A DNA stretch of 33,322 bases from Octopus bimaculoides (taxonomy: Eukaryota). Made by a program: the position numbers and the translations under genes. The notes beneath the pieces were generated by a model. That model was not told where the DNA came from. It worked only from the letters and a program-made list of their open reading frames with translations, and searched no databases. Below, in pieces: positions 22,045 to 33,322 of the stretch. The stretch covers positions 42,011,949 through 42,045,270 of the forward strand of contig NC_068988.1 in the NCBI RefSeq assembly GCF_001194135.2, read 5' to 3'. Position 1 is the stretch's first letter. Every line of letters starts with the position of its first letter.

Positions 22045-22335
22045 TTTCTGTCCACAGATTCAAAAAAAAGTGATAAGTGCAGAATCTGTGGACAAAACGG
22101 TGAAACCGTATGGCATATTACCAGCCAATGTACGCCACTAGCCCAGAAGGAATATAAGAGAAGCCACGACAATATAGCCAGGCTTGTCCATTGGACACTT
22201 TGCAACAAGTATGGACTTGACAGAGCAAAAAATTGGTACGACCACAAATCTGAAGCCATTGTCGAAAATAAAAATGCAAAGATTCTATGGGATTTTATGA
22301 TTCAGTGCGACCATGAGATAGAGAATATGAAGGCA
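22044..22335 (+). mobile_element. R4/Dong-like fragment 3 (CCHC zinc-knuckle region)
   Basis: Open frame from 22072: DKCRICGQNGETVWHITSQCTPLAQKEYKRSHDNIARLVHWTLCNKYGLDRAKNWYDHKSEAIVENKNAKILWDFMIQCDHEIEN. Starts directly after (TAA)n. Confidence 0.85.
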
Positions 22336-22339
22336 AATA

Positions 22340-23129
22340 CAGCAAGTCCCAGAATTAGATGAACTGGGAAAAAGCTAAACGCATTAAAACAACTTGCTAG
22401 AAATGCTGTCTTAAATATTCTCACTAATAAATAGAAAATACTCAAAGAGAGCTAACAATGTTGATGTTGACAAAGCTCTTACTCATCAATAGTTAGCAAC
22501 TTCTGGTTTAAAATCAGAAACATAATTGTTTATCGTACCGGCCCAGGGCCAATGCCTATTTACAAGATACTACCAGACCAACATCTTACAGGACGGCCAT
22601 AGCCCAACGTGTCGTGTATGTAAACAACACACTGAAACCATCGATCATTTTGTGCCCATGTGCAGCCTTCTTGCGTCTTCAGACTTTCAGCAGCACAGTA
22701 AATTTAGTGGGTAATTTGCAAGGATCTGGGCCTACCCCATGATAAAAACGGGGAGGAACACAAACCCTCCCACGTGCTTGAAAATTATCATATTTCACAC
22801 CAATAGAATTTTTCTGTTCAAACTCACAGAAACGTAAATGCAAATAGGTCAAACATTATATTGAATGATTTCAGACAAAAACTGTGCCTCCTCATCGATA
22901 TGATTATCCCAGCAGTGAAATATGTATTTCTCAAAATCTATCAAGTATAAAGATCCTGAAATAGAACTTGGCAAAATGTCGAAACTCAAGACTAGAAAAA
23001 TATTTGTTGTCATAGGTGCTCTAGGAGTGATAGCCAAATGAGCTGATTCCAAGAAATCCCAAAATAGAAATTAAAAGTATAGTCCTCATGGGAACTTCTC
23101 ATATCCTACGAAAAATACTGTCTATGTAG
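22340..23129 (+). mobile_element. R4/Dong-like fragment 4 (linker, CCHC, RLE, stop), a different decayed subfamily
   Basis: DVDKALTHQ*LATSGLKSET*LFIVPAQGQCLFTRYY...CRVCKQHTETIDHFVPMCSLLA...CLLIDMIIP...YKDPEIELGKMSKLKTRKIFVVIGALGVI...VLMGTSHILRKILSM* (TAG 23127-23129). Multiple stops and frameshifts. Confidence 0.8.
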
Positions 23130-23905
23130 ATCCAAAAACATTTTAATTTGTAAACACATTATCATATGTACTTTTAAATGTACATAATAGCAAACACCTT
23201 ACACTGTCATCTTAAGATCACACATATATCTTATCACCAGACTACTTTTGAAACATACTTTGAATCTTTTTGAAACCTGAAACACCTACGGAGAAGCAAG
23301 ATTCCCATATTGAGATTGATCTCGATAATATCAAGATAACTGTTCTAACGAAGTTATGAAACCGTCTGTCATTGTTGTGTTTTATGGTGAAAGCGATGTT
23401 GTTTTGACAAGAATAGCTATCATAAACATTGTGTATATTAAAGAGCTTATATTTGTGTGTGGTGGGAAATAGTGCTTTACGAAGCTATATTCGTGTAGAC
23501 AGATAAGTATAAGGAGTGGGTAAGTAAGATTATTTTCCTCTGATGGAAGAGGTGAGGTGTGCGTCTTATAAACTAGCTTCTCACTTAAGCTACTTTTTAT
23601 TGAACTTGTGTGTACCTGTGAGTGCATGTGTTTGTGCATGAGTATGTGCGTGTGGTAAGAAAGTGATAGAACACGTCAGGCAAACAATGCATTGCGTTTT
23701 GATTTCAAAATCTACTCGGTTCTTCATCTGGAATAGATTTAAACAACTATTTAATGACCTCGTGGTAAGTTACAAGTGCTTATTCGTTCTTTATTACTAT
23801 TGCTTCATATTTCTTTGTATTATTATTCTGTAGTCTTTCATCCAGGCACTTTTCAAAATAAAAGTATACATCACCATCGTCATCGTCGTTGTTGTTATTG
23901 CCGTC

Positions 23906-24389
<484 letters not shown>

Positions 24390-24458
24390 NNNNNNNNNNC
24401 AGAAAGAATAAGTTAGAAGTTCAGGTTAATGTTATGAATAGAGTGCCAAATTTTTGTT

Positions 24459-24459
24459 A

Positions 24460-24517
<58 letters not shown>
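24459..24517. repeat. (GTT)n microsatellite about 50 nt upstream of the terminal-exon acceptor
   Basis: Direct reading. Confidence 0.95.
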
Positions 24518-24568
24518 AGCGATGCTGATACTTTTATTGCCATTGATTGTTATCTTTTCTTTTCCTAG

Positions 24569-25636
24569 ATATATGGAATTACATCGTTTCTTTTCGTGGT
24601 CCTGTCCATTTTGGGTTTCTGCCTGGAAACGCTGCCTCAAGTCCGAGGCCCCACCAACATCACACGCCAATGCAACGGAGAGACTAGCGAAAGTCTGCAA
24701 GTGATGCAGTCCCATGATGCGCTAAACGTCATTGATGTCATCTGTACCATCTTCTTCACACTGGAGTTAATAGCCCGATTTATATTTGCTCCGCAGAAAT
24801 TGAAGTTCGTTCGTTCTTTAATGAATATTATAGACTTACTGGCTCTCGTGCCACTTTACGTACAAGTCATTCTACATTCAACTGATCCAGAATTCTGTTA
24901 TCTAAATGAACGACTTGTGATGGAGATTATGTTTATTTTGCGTATTATTCGCATGTTTCGAATTTTCCATCTTGTCAAACATTACCAAGCGCTAAAAATA
25001 TTAGTTTATGCCATGAAAGCAAGCATTCAGGAACTGCTTATGCTGGCTATATTTATGATTATTGCTATGCTTGTATTTGCTACAATGATCTATTATGCAG
25101 AACGCAAAGATGCAACGAACGCTAGCGATGCGTTCAACACAATCCCTATGGGGTTTTGGTGGGCAATCATCACCATGACAACGGTTGGTTACGGAGATGT
25201 TTATCCGTCTTCCACGATTGGCTATATTGTCGGTGCTGGATGTGCACTCAGTGGAGTGCTACTAGTTGCCCTTACCATCCCTGTCATCTCGAACAATTTC
25301 ACCCTCTTTTACACACACGTTAGATCGCGCTCCAGCGAACGCCGGGTAAGTCGCACATTCCAAGGTGGATCCGAGATTCTCGAACACCACGATCCCACCA
25401 ATAATTTTGATCGTCGCTCGTCCAATTCGTCTGTGGTTCTGGAAACCTTCATGAATGGCACTGTGGCTGTTCACAAAATGAACAATCCGCTATACGCGAC
25501 TCTACCGTATGCCGACCGTACATCAATTTCAGACAATGGTATGGAAGACGACATGGACTCAGACAGAACCATAAGCAGAAATGGTTCTTTTCGAACACTA
25601 GACCTAACTGAGCCCAAACCTGAAACACGTTTATGA
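24569..25636 (+). CDS. Shaw: Shaw/Kv3-family K+ channel, terminal coding exon (S1-S6, pore, C-terminal tail)
   Basis: Acceptor ttatcttttcttttcctAG at 24567-24568. Phase 0 joins in frame with the previous exon (...SRPAM/IYGITSFLFVVLSILGFCLET). Contains S3 NIIDLLALVP, S4 LRIIRMFRIFHLVKHY, pore IPMGFWWAIITMTTVGYGDVYP (TVGYG 25181-25195), S6 GAGCALSGVLLVALTIPVISNNF and stop TGA 25634-25636. The IPxGFWWA and FCLET motifs are Kv3-like. Confidence 0.95.
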   Translation: MYGITSFLFVVLSILGFCLETLPQVRGPTNITRQCNGETSESLQVMQSHDALNVIDVICTIFFTLELIARFIFAPQKLKFVRSLMNIIDLLALVPLYVQVILHSTDPEFCYLNERLVMEIMFILRIIRMFRIFHLVKHYQALKILVYAMKASIQELLMLAIFMIIAMLVFATMIYYAERKDATNASDAFNTIPMGFWWAIITMTTVGYGDVYPSSTIGYIVGAGCALSGVLLVALTIPVISNNFTLFYTHVRSRSSERRVSRTFQGGSEILEHHDPTNNFDRRSSNSSVVLETFMNGTVAVHKMNNPLYATLPYADRTSISDNGMEDDMDSDRTISRNGSFRTLDLTEPKPETRL

Positions 25637-25723
25637 TATATGAATTCAACTACACAAACACTAAAACAAAAACAATACACAAACAACAAATACAAAATCA
25701 AAAGGATAGGTGAAATATATAAC

Positions 25724-25793
25724 AATAAAAAATACACAAAATTACAAAACTAAATCACAAAATGATACGAAAAAACGGGACGAGTCAAATAAA
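25724..25793 (+). terminator. Candidate polyadenylation signals (AATAAA at 25724-25729 and 25788-25793)
   Basis: Hexamers lie 90-150 nt after the stop codon, but the region is very A-rich, so chance occurrence is likely. Confidence 0.25.
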
Positions 25794-25970
25794 ACATTCA
25801 ACAGCAAACATTATCAAAAGAAAATATGTACATATGTGCGTGATCATGTGTGTGTGTGCGTGCGTGTGTGCGTACGTGTGTGCTTGCGTGTGTGAATTCT
25901 ATAAGTGAAAGAAGATTCTAGAATTGATGTCTATCAATGGTATAAAGATGGTATATATAAATTTTAAAAA

Positions 25971-26009
<39 letters not shown>

Positions 26010-26145
26010 AAAAATAATAATAATAATAATAATAATGATAATAATAATAATAACCACTGCATATATGCAAGTACACGCGTGATGATATATGTGTACATAT
26101 ACATATATAGGTGTGTGTATATACATAGATATATTTATGTATATG

Positions 26146-26227
<82 letters not shown>

Positions 26228-26767
26228 CATATATATGTATATATATATTTATGCTGGTAAACAGGACTATTAGACCATACCTAAAATTTTGGTGCGATTG
26301 AATATGCTCCTATGTACAACAGTACTTTTATCAGTGAGTCTAAAATAACAAAATAACAATTTAGGTACTAAAGAGTGTTGTATTCAATTGACTGGTCATT
26401 ATAATTGACGTAAGCAACACGACATTATCGATCACATGACCAGTAAAAGGCATCCAACACGTTTAAATATACTCAGTAAATGTTTATTATTTCAGACTCG
26501 CTGATCAGCACGCTTGATTGGAAAAGAAATCGATCGCAAGAAACCATTAGGTAATAGAAAGTAACCCTGTTTATCCACATAAAATACTAACAGACACTAC
26601 ACAATTCTAACAGGGGTGTATATAGAACACTTTGGTGTTTTGTACGAAAAAAACAATCAATCAAATATAACACTATCAAATATATATAAATATATATATA
26701 TACATTTACATATGAGCATACACATATATATGCATAAGCATATGCATAAATGCGCGTCTATGTGTGC

Positions 26768-26799
<32 letters not shown>

Positions 26800-26909
26800 C
26801 ATACATACATACATATATATACATATATATACATATATATATGCATACATATATACACGCACACATATATATGCATATAATGTATATATGTATATATATA
26901 TATATATAT

Positions 26910-27900
26910 NNNNNNNNNNNNNNNNNNNNNNNNNNNNNNNNNNNNNNNNNNNNNNNNNNNNNNNNNNNNNNNNNNNNNNNNNNNNNNNNNNNNNNNNNNN
27001 NNNNNNNNNNNNNNNNNNNNNNNNNNNNNNNNNNNNNNNNNNNNNNNNNNNNNNNNNNNNNNNNNNNNNNNNNNNNNNNNNNNNNNNNNNNNNNNNNNNN
27101 NNNNNNNNNNNNNNNNNNNNNNNNNNNNNNNNNNNNNNNNNNNNNNNNNNNNNNNNNNNNNNNNNNNNNNNNNNNNNNNNNNNNNNNNNNNNNNNNNNNN
27201 NNNNNNNNNNNNNNNNNNNNNNNNNNNNNNNNNNNNNNNNNNNNNNNNNNNNNNNNNNNNNNNNNNNNNNNNNNNNNNNNNNNNNNNNNNNNNNNNNNNN
27301 NNNNNNNNNNNNNNNNNNNNNNNNNNNNNNNNNNNNNNNNNNNNNNNNNNNNNNNNNNNNNNNNNNNNNNNNNNNNNNNNNNNNNNNNNNNNNNNNNNNN
27401 NNNNNNNNNNNNNNNNNNNNNNNNNNNNNNNNNNNNNNNNNNNNNNNNNNNNNNNNNNNNNNNNNNNNNNNNNNNNNNNNNNNNNNNNNNNNNNNNNNNN
27501 NNNNNNNNNNNNNNNNNNNNNNNNNNNNNNNNNNNNNNNNNNNNNNNNNNNNNNNNNNNNNNNNNNNNNNNNNNNNNNNNNNNNNNNNNNNNNNNNNNNN
27601 NNNNNNNNNNNNNNNNNNNNNNNNNNNNNNNNNNNNNNNNNNNNNNNNNNNNNNNNNNNNNNNNNNNNNNNNNNNNNNNNNNNNNNNNNNNNNNNNNNNN
27701 NNNNNNNNNNNNNNNNNNNNNNNNNNNNNNNNNNNNNNNNNNNNNNNNNNNNNNNNNNNNNNNNNNNNNNNNNNNNNNNNNNNNNNNNNNNNNNNNNNNN
27801 NNNNNNNNNNNNNNNNNNNNNNNNNNNNNNNNNNNNNNNNNNNNNNNNNNNNNNNNNNNNNNNNNNNNNNNNNNNNNNNNNNNNNNNNNNNNNNNNNNNN
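26910..27900. other. Assembly gap (N run); other gaps at 4946-5193, 11759-11867, 16251-16510, 17320-17448, 24390-24399, 28303-28578 and 31217-31226
   Basis: N runs, most flanked by (TA)n, (CT)n or triplet repeats, as typical of short-read scaffolds. Confidence 0.99.
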
Positions 27901-28790
27901 GTATGTATGTATGTATATATATGTATCTATATCCATCCATCCACCATAATATATATATATACATACGTACATGAATACATACATTGATAGAAAGATACTT
28001 ATTTCTTTTTCTCTAATAGTCTTCTCACGGGAAACCATCACAAGTCTTTCATTGCTCTTGCTGTCTTCTCTATTTCAACGTATTCGCTTGGAATTTACCA
28101 AACGTATATTTGAATGTGAATCTATATGTCAGTGTACGTATGCATGTATGGATGGCTGGATCGATACACGCTAGTATCTTTATCCTTGTGTGTGTGAAGT
28201 ATGCGTCTTGCATTATCCCTGATCGATTGTTTTGCCTTTATTCATATGTATGTGTCTGCCTGTTTTCATGTATGAATATATATATATATATATATATATA
28301 TANNNNNNNNNNNNNNNNNNNNNNNNNNNNNNNNNNNNNNNNNNNNNNNNNNNNNNNNNNNNNNNNNNNNNNNNNNNNNNNNNNNNNNNNNNNNNNNNNN
28401 NNNNNNNNNNNNNNNNNNNNNNNNNNNNNNNNNNNNNNNNNNNNNNNNNNNNNNNNNNNNNNNNNNNNNNNNNNNNNNNNNNNNNNNNNNNNNNNNNNNN
28501 NNNNNNNNNNNNNNNNNNNNNNNNNNNNNNNNNNNNNNNNNNNNNNNNNNNNNNNNNNNNNNNNNNNNNNNNNNNNNNTTATATATATATATATATGTAT
28601 GTATGTAAGTATGTATGTATGTATACATATATGTGTATGTATGTTTGAGTTTGTGTTATATATTTTTATGTACGCACAAACACACGCTCTCGCACGCTCA
28701 CATATACACACACACGCACACACGCATTTATTCTCTGTGAGAAGTATAGAAAAGTGAACCTTAATTATTATTAGTATTAATATTATTATG

Positions 28791-28836
<46 letters not shown>

Positions 28837-29215
28837 GCGTAACTTTCATGTGTAATCTTAGTTACATCATTTGATATTTTGTTGTTTAATCAATTTATGC
28901 ATATATATGTATATATATATATATATATACACATATATATATATATATATATATGTGTGTGTATGCATATATGTATGTATATATGTACACATGTATACAT
29001 ACATGAACATATATATATATGTGTGTGTATATATATGTGTATGTATATATATGTATATATACGTGTAATATTAATGTGTTCACAAATGCAGGATGAAGGA
29101 CAACATAAACACTTTAATAAGCAGATATATTTATCCATCCGTACATACATACATACATAGAAACATGTATACGTACATACATAGAAATATACATACATTC
29201 ACGCTTAAACACGCA

Positions 29216-29270
<55 letters not shown>

Positions 29271-30102
29271 GAATACATACTTTCATGCATACATACATAC
29301 ATACATACATACATACATACATACATACATACATACATACACACATACACACATACATACATATATACACACTTACATACACTGGAAATGTTTATATATT
29401 TACTTATATATTTTATCTCTCCAATCCTGCAAAGCCTTTGTTTGTTTGTTCCTTTTTTATATATATTCTTTAAGTAATTGTTTTCTCATTTCACTTATTT
29501 CTTCACCTCACCAATAAACTCACTCACTCATTCACCAGCTAATTCCTTCAACTACTCACCCTCTCCTTCTCTCTCTTTCTCTCTCTCTCTCTCTTTCTCT
29601 CTATCTCTCTTTCTATCCCTCTATCTCTTTCTCTCTATCTATCACTCTTTTTTCTCCCCTTTCCTGTTCACTTTTTTCACTCATTTACTTTTTAAATATT
29701 GAAAGTAAAATATAACGTGATATTATTAATCGAGTTATGAGCTTCATCTTATGTGTGTTTATATATATATGTGTGTGTGTATAGAATTATGTATATACAT
29801 ATATATATGTATTTTATGCATGAGTGTGTGTTGTTTTCGTTGCATTCTTATTTTCTTTCTTTTATCTATGTATTTTTTTTAACGCAAATAACTTCGTTAT
29901 AATTAAAATTTTTCTTCCTGTGAATGCCATCTCTCTTTAAACATTAAAAAAAGACATTGGCGAAATTTTACACAGGTTGAAATAAAATATGGGGAGCAGG
30001 AAAGAGATGGCGGGATATCCAGATTACAAGAAGAAATTTAACAGAAAAAAAATAAGCGCATTTGCGAACAAAGGGCATCGGTAGTGCTGACTGTGATATT
30101 GA

Positions 30103-30265
30103 GCAGCGAGGTAGTTGACTTGGTAGAGCGTTGGGCGAGGTGTCTGATCGTAGTTAACTTTGTCGTCTTATTTTCTGTTTTCAAGCTGTAACTCGGTCAA
30201 ATTTTGCTTTCAATCTTTTGGGGGTCGATAAAATAAAGTACTAGTCAAGCACTGACATCGTAATG
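30103..30265 (+). mobile_element. Highly diverged (ATT)n-family SINE
   Basis: TTTTGCTTTCAATCTTTTGGGGGTCGATAAAATAAAGTACTAG aligns with the family body and is followed by (ATT)n. Confidence 0.5.
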
Positions 30266-30268
30266 AAA

Positions 30269-30369
<101 letters not shown>

Positions 30370-30374
30370 CATTT

Positions 30375-30572
30375 AGGCGGTGAATTTGGTAGAGTTGTTA
30401 TCACACTGGACAAAATGCCGCTATCTTCACGTCTGAGTTCAAATTCCGCTGAGGTTGACTTTGTCTTTCCTCCTTTCGGGGTCGATAAATTAAGTACCAG
30501 TCATGTACTGGGTCGATGTGATCGACTATCCCCTCCCCTCAAATTTCAGGCCTTATGCCTATAGTAAAAAGG

Positions 30573-30573
<1 letters not shown>
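30375..30573 (+). mobile_element. Near full-length (ATT)n-family SINE
   Basis: AGGCGGTGAA head, GAGTTCAAATTCCG B box, end GGCCTTATGCCTATAGTAAAAAGGA. (ATT)n lies on both sides. Confidence 0.85.
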
Positions 30574-30626
<53 letters not shown>

Positions 30627-30743
30627 TTTGTTGTAGTTGTTGTTGTTGTTGTTATTATTATTATTATTATTATTATATCTTAATATATAATTTGGTTACG
30701 CCTCCTAAAAATGGGGGAATAAGCATGGGTACATAAGAAAAAA

Positions 30744-30790
<47 letters not shown>

Positions 30791-30833
30791 CATCATTATT
30801 ATTATTATCATCATCATTATTATTATTACTATT

Positions 30834-30915
30834 AAGGTGGTGAGCTGGCAGAGTCGTTAGCACGCTGGATGAAATGCATAGCGGTATTTTGCCCGTCGCT
30901 ACGTTCTGGGTTTTG
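30834..30915 (+). mobile_element. (ATT)n-family SINE head, 3' truncated
   Basis: AAGGTGGTGAGCTGGCAGAGTCGTTAGCACGCTGGATGAAATGCATAGCGGTATTT, starting immediately after (ATT)n. Confidence 0.75.
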
Positions 30916-31087
30916 AATAGTAACTCTTAGTTGTTATTTCAATAAACAGCGACGCTGAGTAATGTCGTTTATAAGAACTGATAAACTGAAAAATCCACAA
31001 CTTGAGAAGCTTCGATTATAATTTAGATATTCTACTTTATATACTGAATACTTTTTTCTTTTCCATTTGTTACACCAAACTAAGAAT

Positions 31088-31123
<36 letters not shown>

Positions 31124-32016
31124 CAACACATGCACACGCACACACACGTACATACACACACACACACACACATCTATGAATATATATATGTGTGTGTGTA
31201 TTTATATATATAAATANNNNNNNNNNATATAAAGATATACACACAGAGTGAGGGAGAGAGCGTGGGTGGTGAAGAGGCAGAAATGGTAGCGTGTTAAAAT
31301 AAAATAGTTGCCAGTCATATCTCTTTATCTAAGTTAGAAGTTTTTTATTACTGTGATAACTGTGCCAAAGCATGGCAAGATTTCATGGCTCTTTAATATC
31401 ACTTTTTGAAATTACGTCGGGGATCGGCTCTAACAAACTTGTCATCATTTCGGGTTTGATTTTAAAATGTAACAGTTAACTACCTGAATTGATTTAATCA
31501 TCTACAAGATCTATTGTTTTATGCCAATTATTTTGAATCCTTAAGGATCGGTAAAATCGACTGTACACCTCCGCTGTCTATATAAAATATTGCAGTTGTT
31601 ATTGCTTCTTTCGTTTGTATAATCATAACCATCGTTGCTGTCATCATTATTGATTTTGAATATAGATGTATGGAGGCTGAAGAGTTCAGTACTTACGTAG
31701 AATATATCTGCGGAACGTGTAAGAAAATCTGAAAAAGCCTAAAAGAGTGAGCTGTGAAAGACAAACTACACCAACCGACTTGCTAAGATGAAATGATTGG
31801 TATTGTAAATGGACAACATATTGAATGAAAATGTCCCGTAGTGTACTGGCAGGAGTTAAGGTATTTAGGTTGTTATAGACAGAATCCAAAAAGGAAATTG
31901 TGAAGTCTAGTGATTTTCGGAGAGGCGTTCTTTATATGCCATACTGCAAATCTGTCCTGTCCACTGCTAGACTTTGATTGGATAGCGTAATAAAACGTAT
32001 CTTAAACCGGTGATTA

Positions 32017-32096
32017 GGAGGGGGAGGAGGAAGAAGAAGAAGAGGAGGAGGAAGAAGAAGAAGAGGAGGAGGAGGAGGAGGAGGAGGAGGAGGAGT
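32017..32096. repeat. (GAG/GAA)n purine triplet array
   Basis: Direct reading. Confidence 0.9.
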
Positions 32097-32290
32097 TAGA
32101 GCATCGGAAAAATGCCTTGCTTTTATTTCTTCTGGTTCTTAACGTTCCGAGTTCAAATTTCGCCGAGTCAACTTTACCTTTTATCCCTCCAAAGTTGATA
32201 AAATAAAATACCAACCATGTACAGCGGTAGATGGCATTGATTAACCCTTTCTTCTCACAAACTGTTGCATTGTGCCTAAATCGAAACCAT
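32095..32290 (+). mobile_element. Diverged (ATT)n-family SINE
   Basis: AACGTTCCGAGTTCAAATTTCGCCGAGTCAACTTTACCTTTTATCC...ATTGTGCCTAAATCGAAACCA, then TTG/TTA arrays. Confidence 0.65.
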
Positions 32291-32364
32291 TATTGTTGTT
32301 GTTGTTGTTGTTGCTGTTATTATTATGATTATTATTATTATTATCATTGTTGTTGTTGTTGTTG

Positions 32365-32401
<37 letters not shown>

Positions 32402-32421
32402 CATTATTATTATCATTACTG

Positions 32422-32530
32422 GATTGTTAGAATTTTTAGGTCGTCAAAAAATGTGCTTTGTGGTATAAGTTTGATCCTCCGAGTTCAAATCTACCCGAAG
32501 TCAAATCGGCCTGTGTTCTTATGTGAGAAA
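32422..32530 (+). mobile_element. Very diverged or deleted (ATT)n-family SINE head
   Basis: TTGTTAG...AAAATGTGCTTTGTGGTAT...CCGAGTTCAAATCTACCCGAAGTCAA between TTA arrays. Confidence 0.4.
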
Positions 32531-32534
32531 TTAC

Positions 32535-32589
<55 letters not shown>

Positions 32590-32908
32590 GCTACTACTAC
32601 TACTATTATAATAATAATAATTATTATTATTATGTTATTATCATTATTACTTTTGGATTGCATGTACCACATTCTTGGCCATATTACTTAAGGATTCTTC
32701 CCTCCAAATCTTGTTTTGTTCGCTGTAAATTTGCTGTAAATAAAAATGAGCCAATACTCTCAATTTGATGAGAGATGAAACTAAACAAAAAGTTACTTTA
32801 CTTTCTGAATAAAACACTGCAAAGAAAACATGAGAAATATTACAACCAGCTGATGAGATGAAGATATGAAGGAAACCGTCTGATTAAAAAGAGCTGAAGT
32901 TGATATCA

Positions 32909-33017
32909 GTGATGATGATGATGATGATGACGACGAAGACAACGACGACGACGATGATGATGATGATGACGACGACAACGACGACGATTATGATGACGGT
33001 GACGACGGCGACGGCGA
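32909..33017. repeat. (GAT/GAC/GGC)n compound triplet array
   Basis: Direct reading. Confidence 0.9.
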
Positions 33018-33322
33018 GAATAACGAGTGTTCTAACTATAATACTATCTCTTGCGGTAACGATCAAGTCATGCATGCGTAACAGCAGTTCACTGACAGTT
33101 TTCTGTAAATGAGTCTCATCAAGGTCATGCGTGAATTGCTCCGAATGACGTTGATTAATGCTTTAAATTAAATTATTTAATTATTTAAATTATTTAAATT
33201 ATTTCTTTCCTAAACAAGCACACATGCGCACTCACAAAATCACACAGACACGCTTATTTGCATACATACATACATACATATATGTACATATGCGTCAGAC
33301 ATACATACACACCCAATATATA

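Noticed and set aside
26496-26550. Possible downstream alternative exon (ttattatttcAG...TAG|GTAATA)
   Set aside because: Weak splice signals; in phase 0 it would add only TR-stop. There is no independent support without transcripts.
32844-32885. CTGATGA...GAAACCGTC hammerhead-like spacing
   Set aside because: Helix II does not pair and helix I is out of register; chance or too decayed to call.

Overview
AT-rich, microsatellite-dense animal DNA from a draft assembly with 8 N gaps. The SINE, LINE and microsatellite landscape suggests a coleoid cephalopod, probably Octopus (inference). The only host gene is the 3' part of a Shaw/Kv3-family voltage-gated K+ channel on the + strand. One coding exon (9882-10147) encodes the distal T1 domain with an exact HX5CX20CC Zn motif. 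A 14.4-kb intron follows, then a terminal exon (24569-25636) encoding S1-S6, the TVGYG filter and a tail ending ETRL. The N-terminal exon(s) lie upstream of the window. The rest is intronic or downstream DNA filled with decayed mobile elements: Tx1, RTE and R4/Dong LINE fragments, a Penelope GIY-YIG fragment, a DD41D mariner derivative and three or more tRNA-derived SINE families. The most notable observations are: (1) the channel has a degenerate S6 gate (PVP->TIP, V478-equivalent->S) and an altered S4 (R1->F, K5->H), suggesting a regulatory or atypically gated subunit; (2) two type I hammerhead ribozyme motifs of the Penelope type, one on the channel pre-mRNA strand; (3) retroelements apparently nested in specific microsatellites, Tx1 in (GATA)n and R4/Dong in (TAA)n; (4) splice features that could diversify the channel. 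All alignments and translations outside the ORF track were done by eye, and no database search was run.
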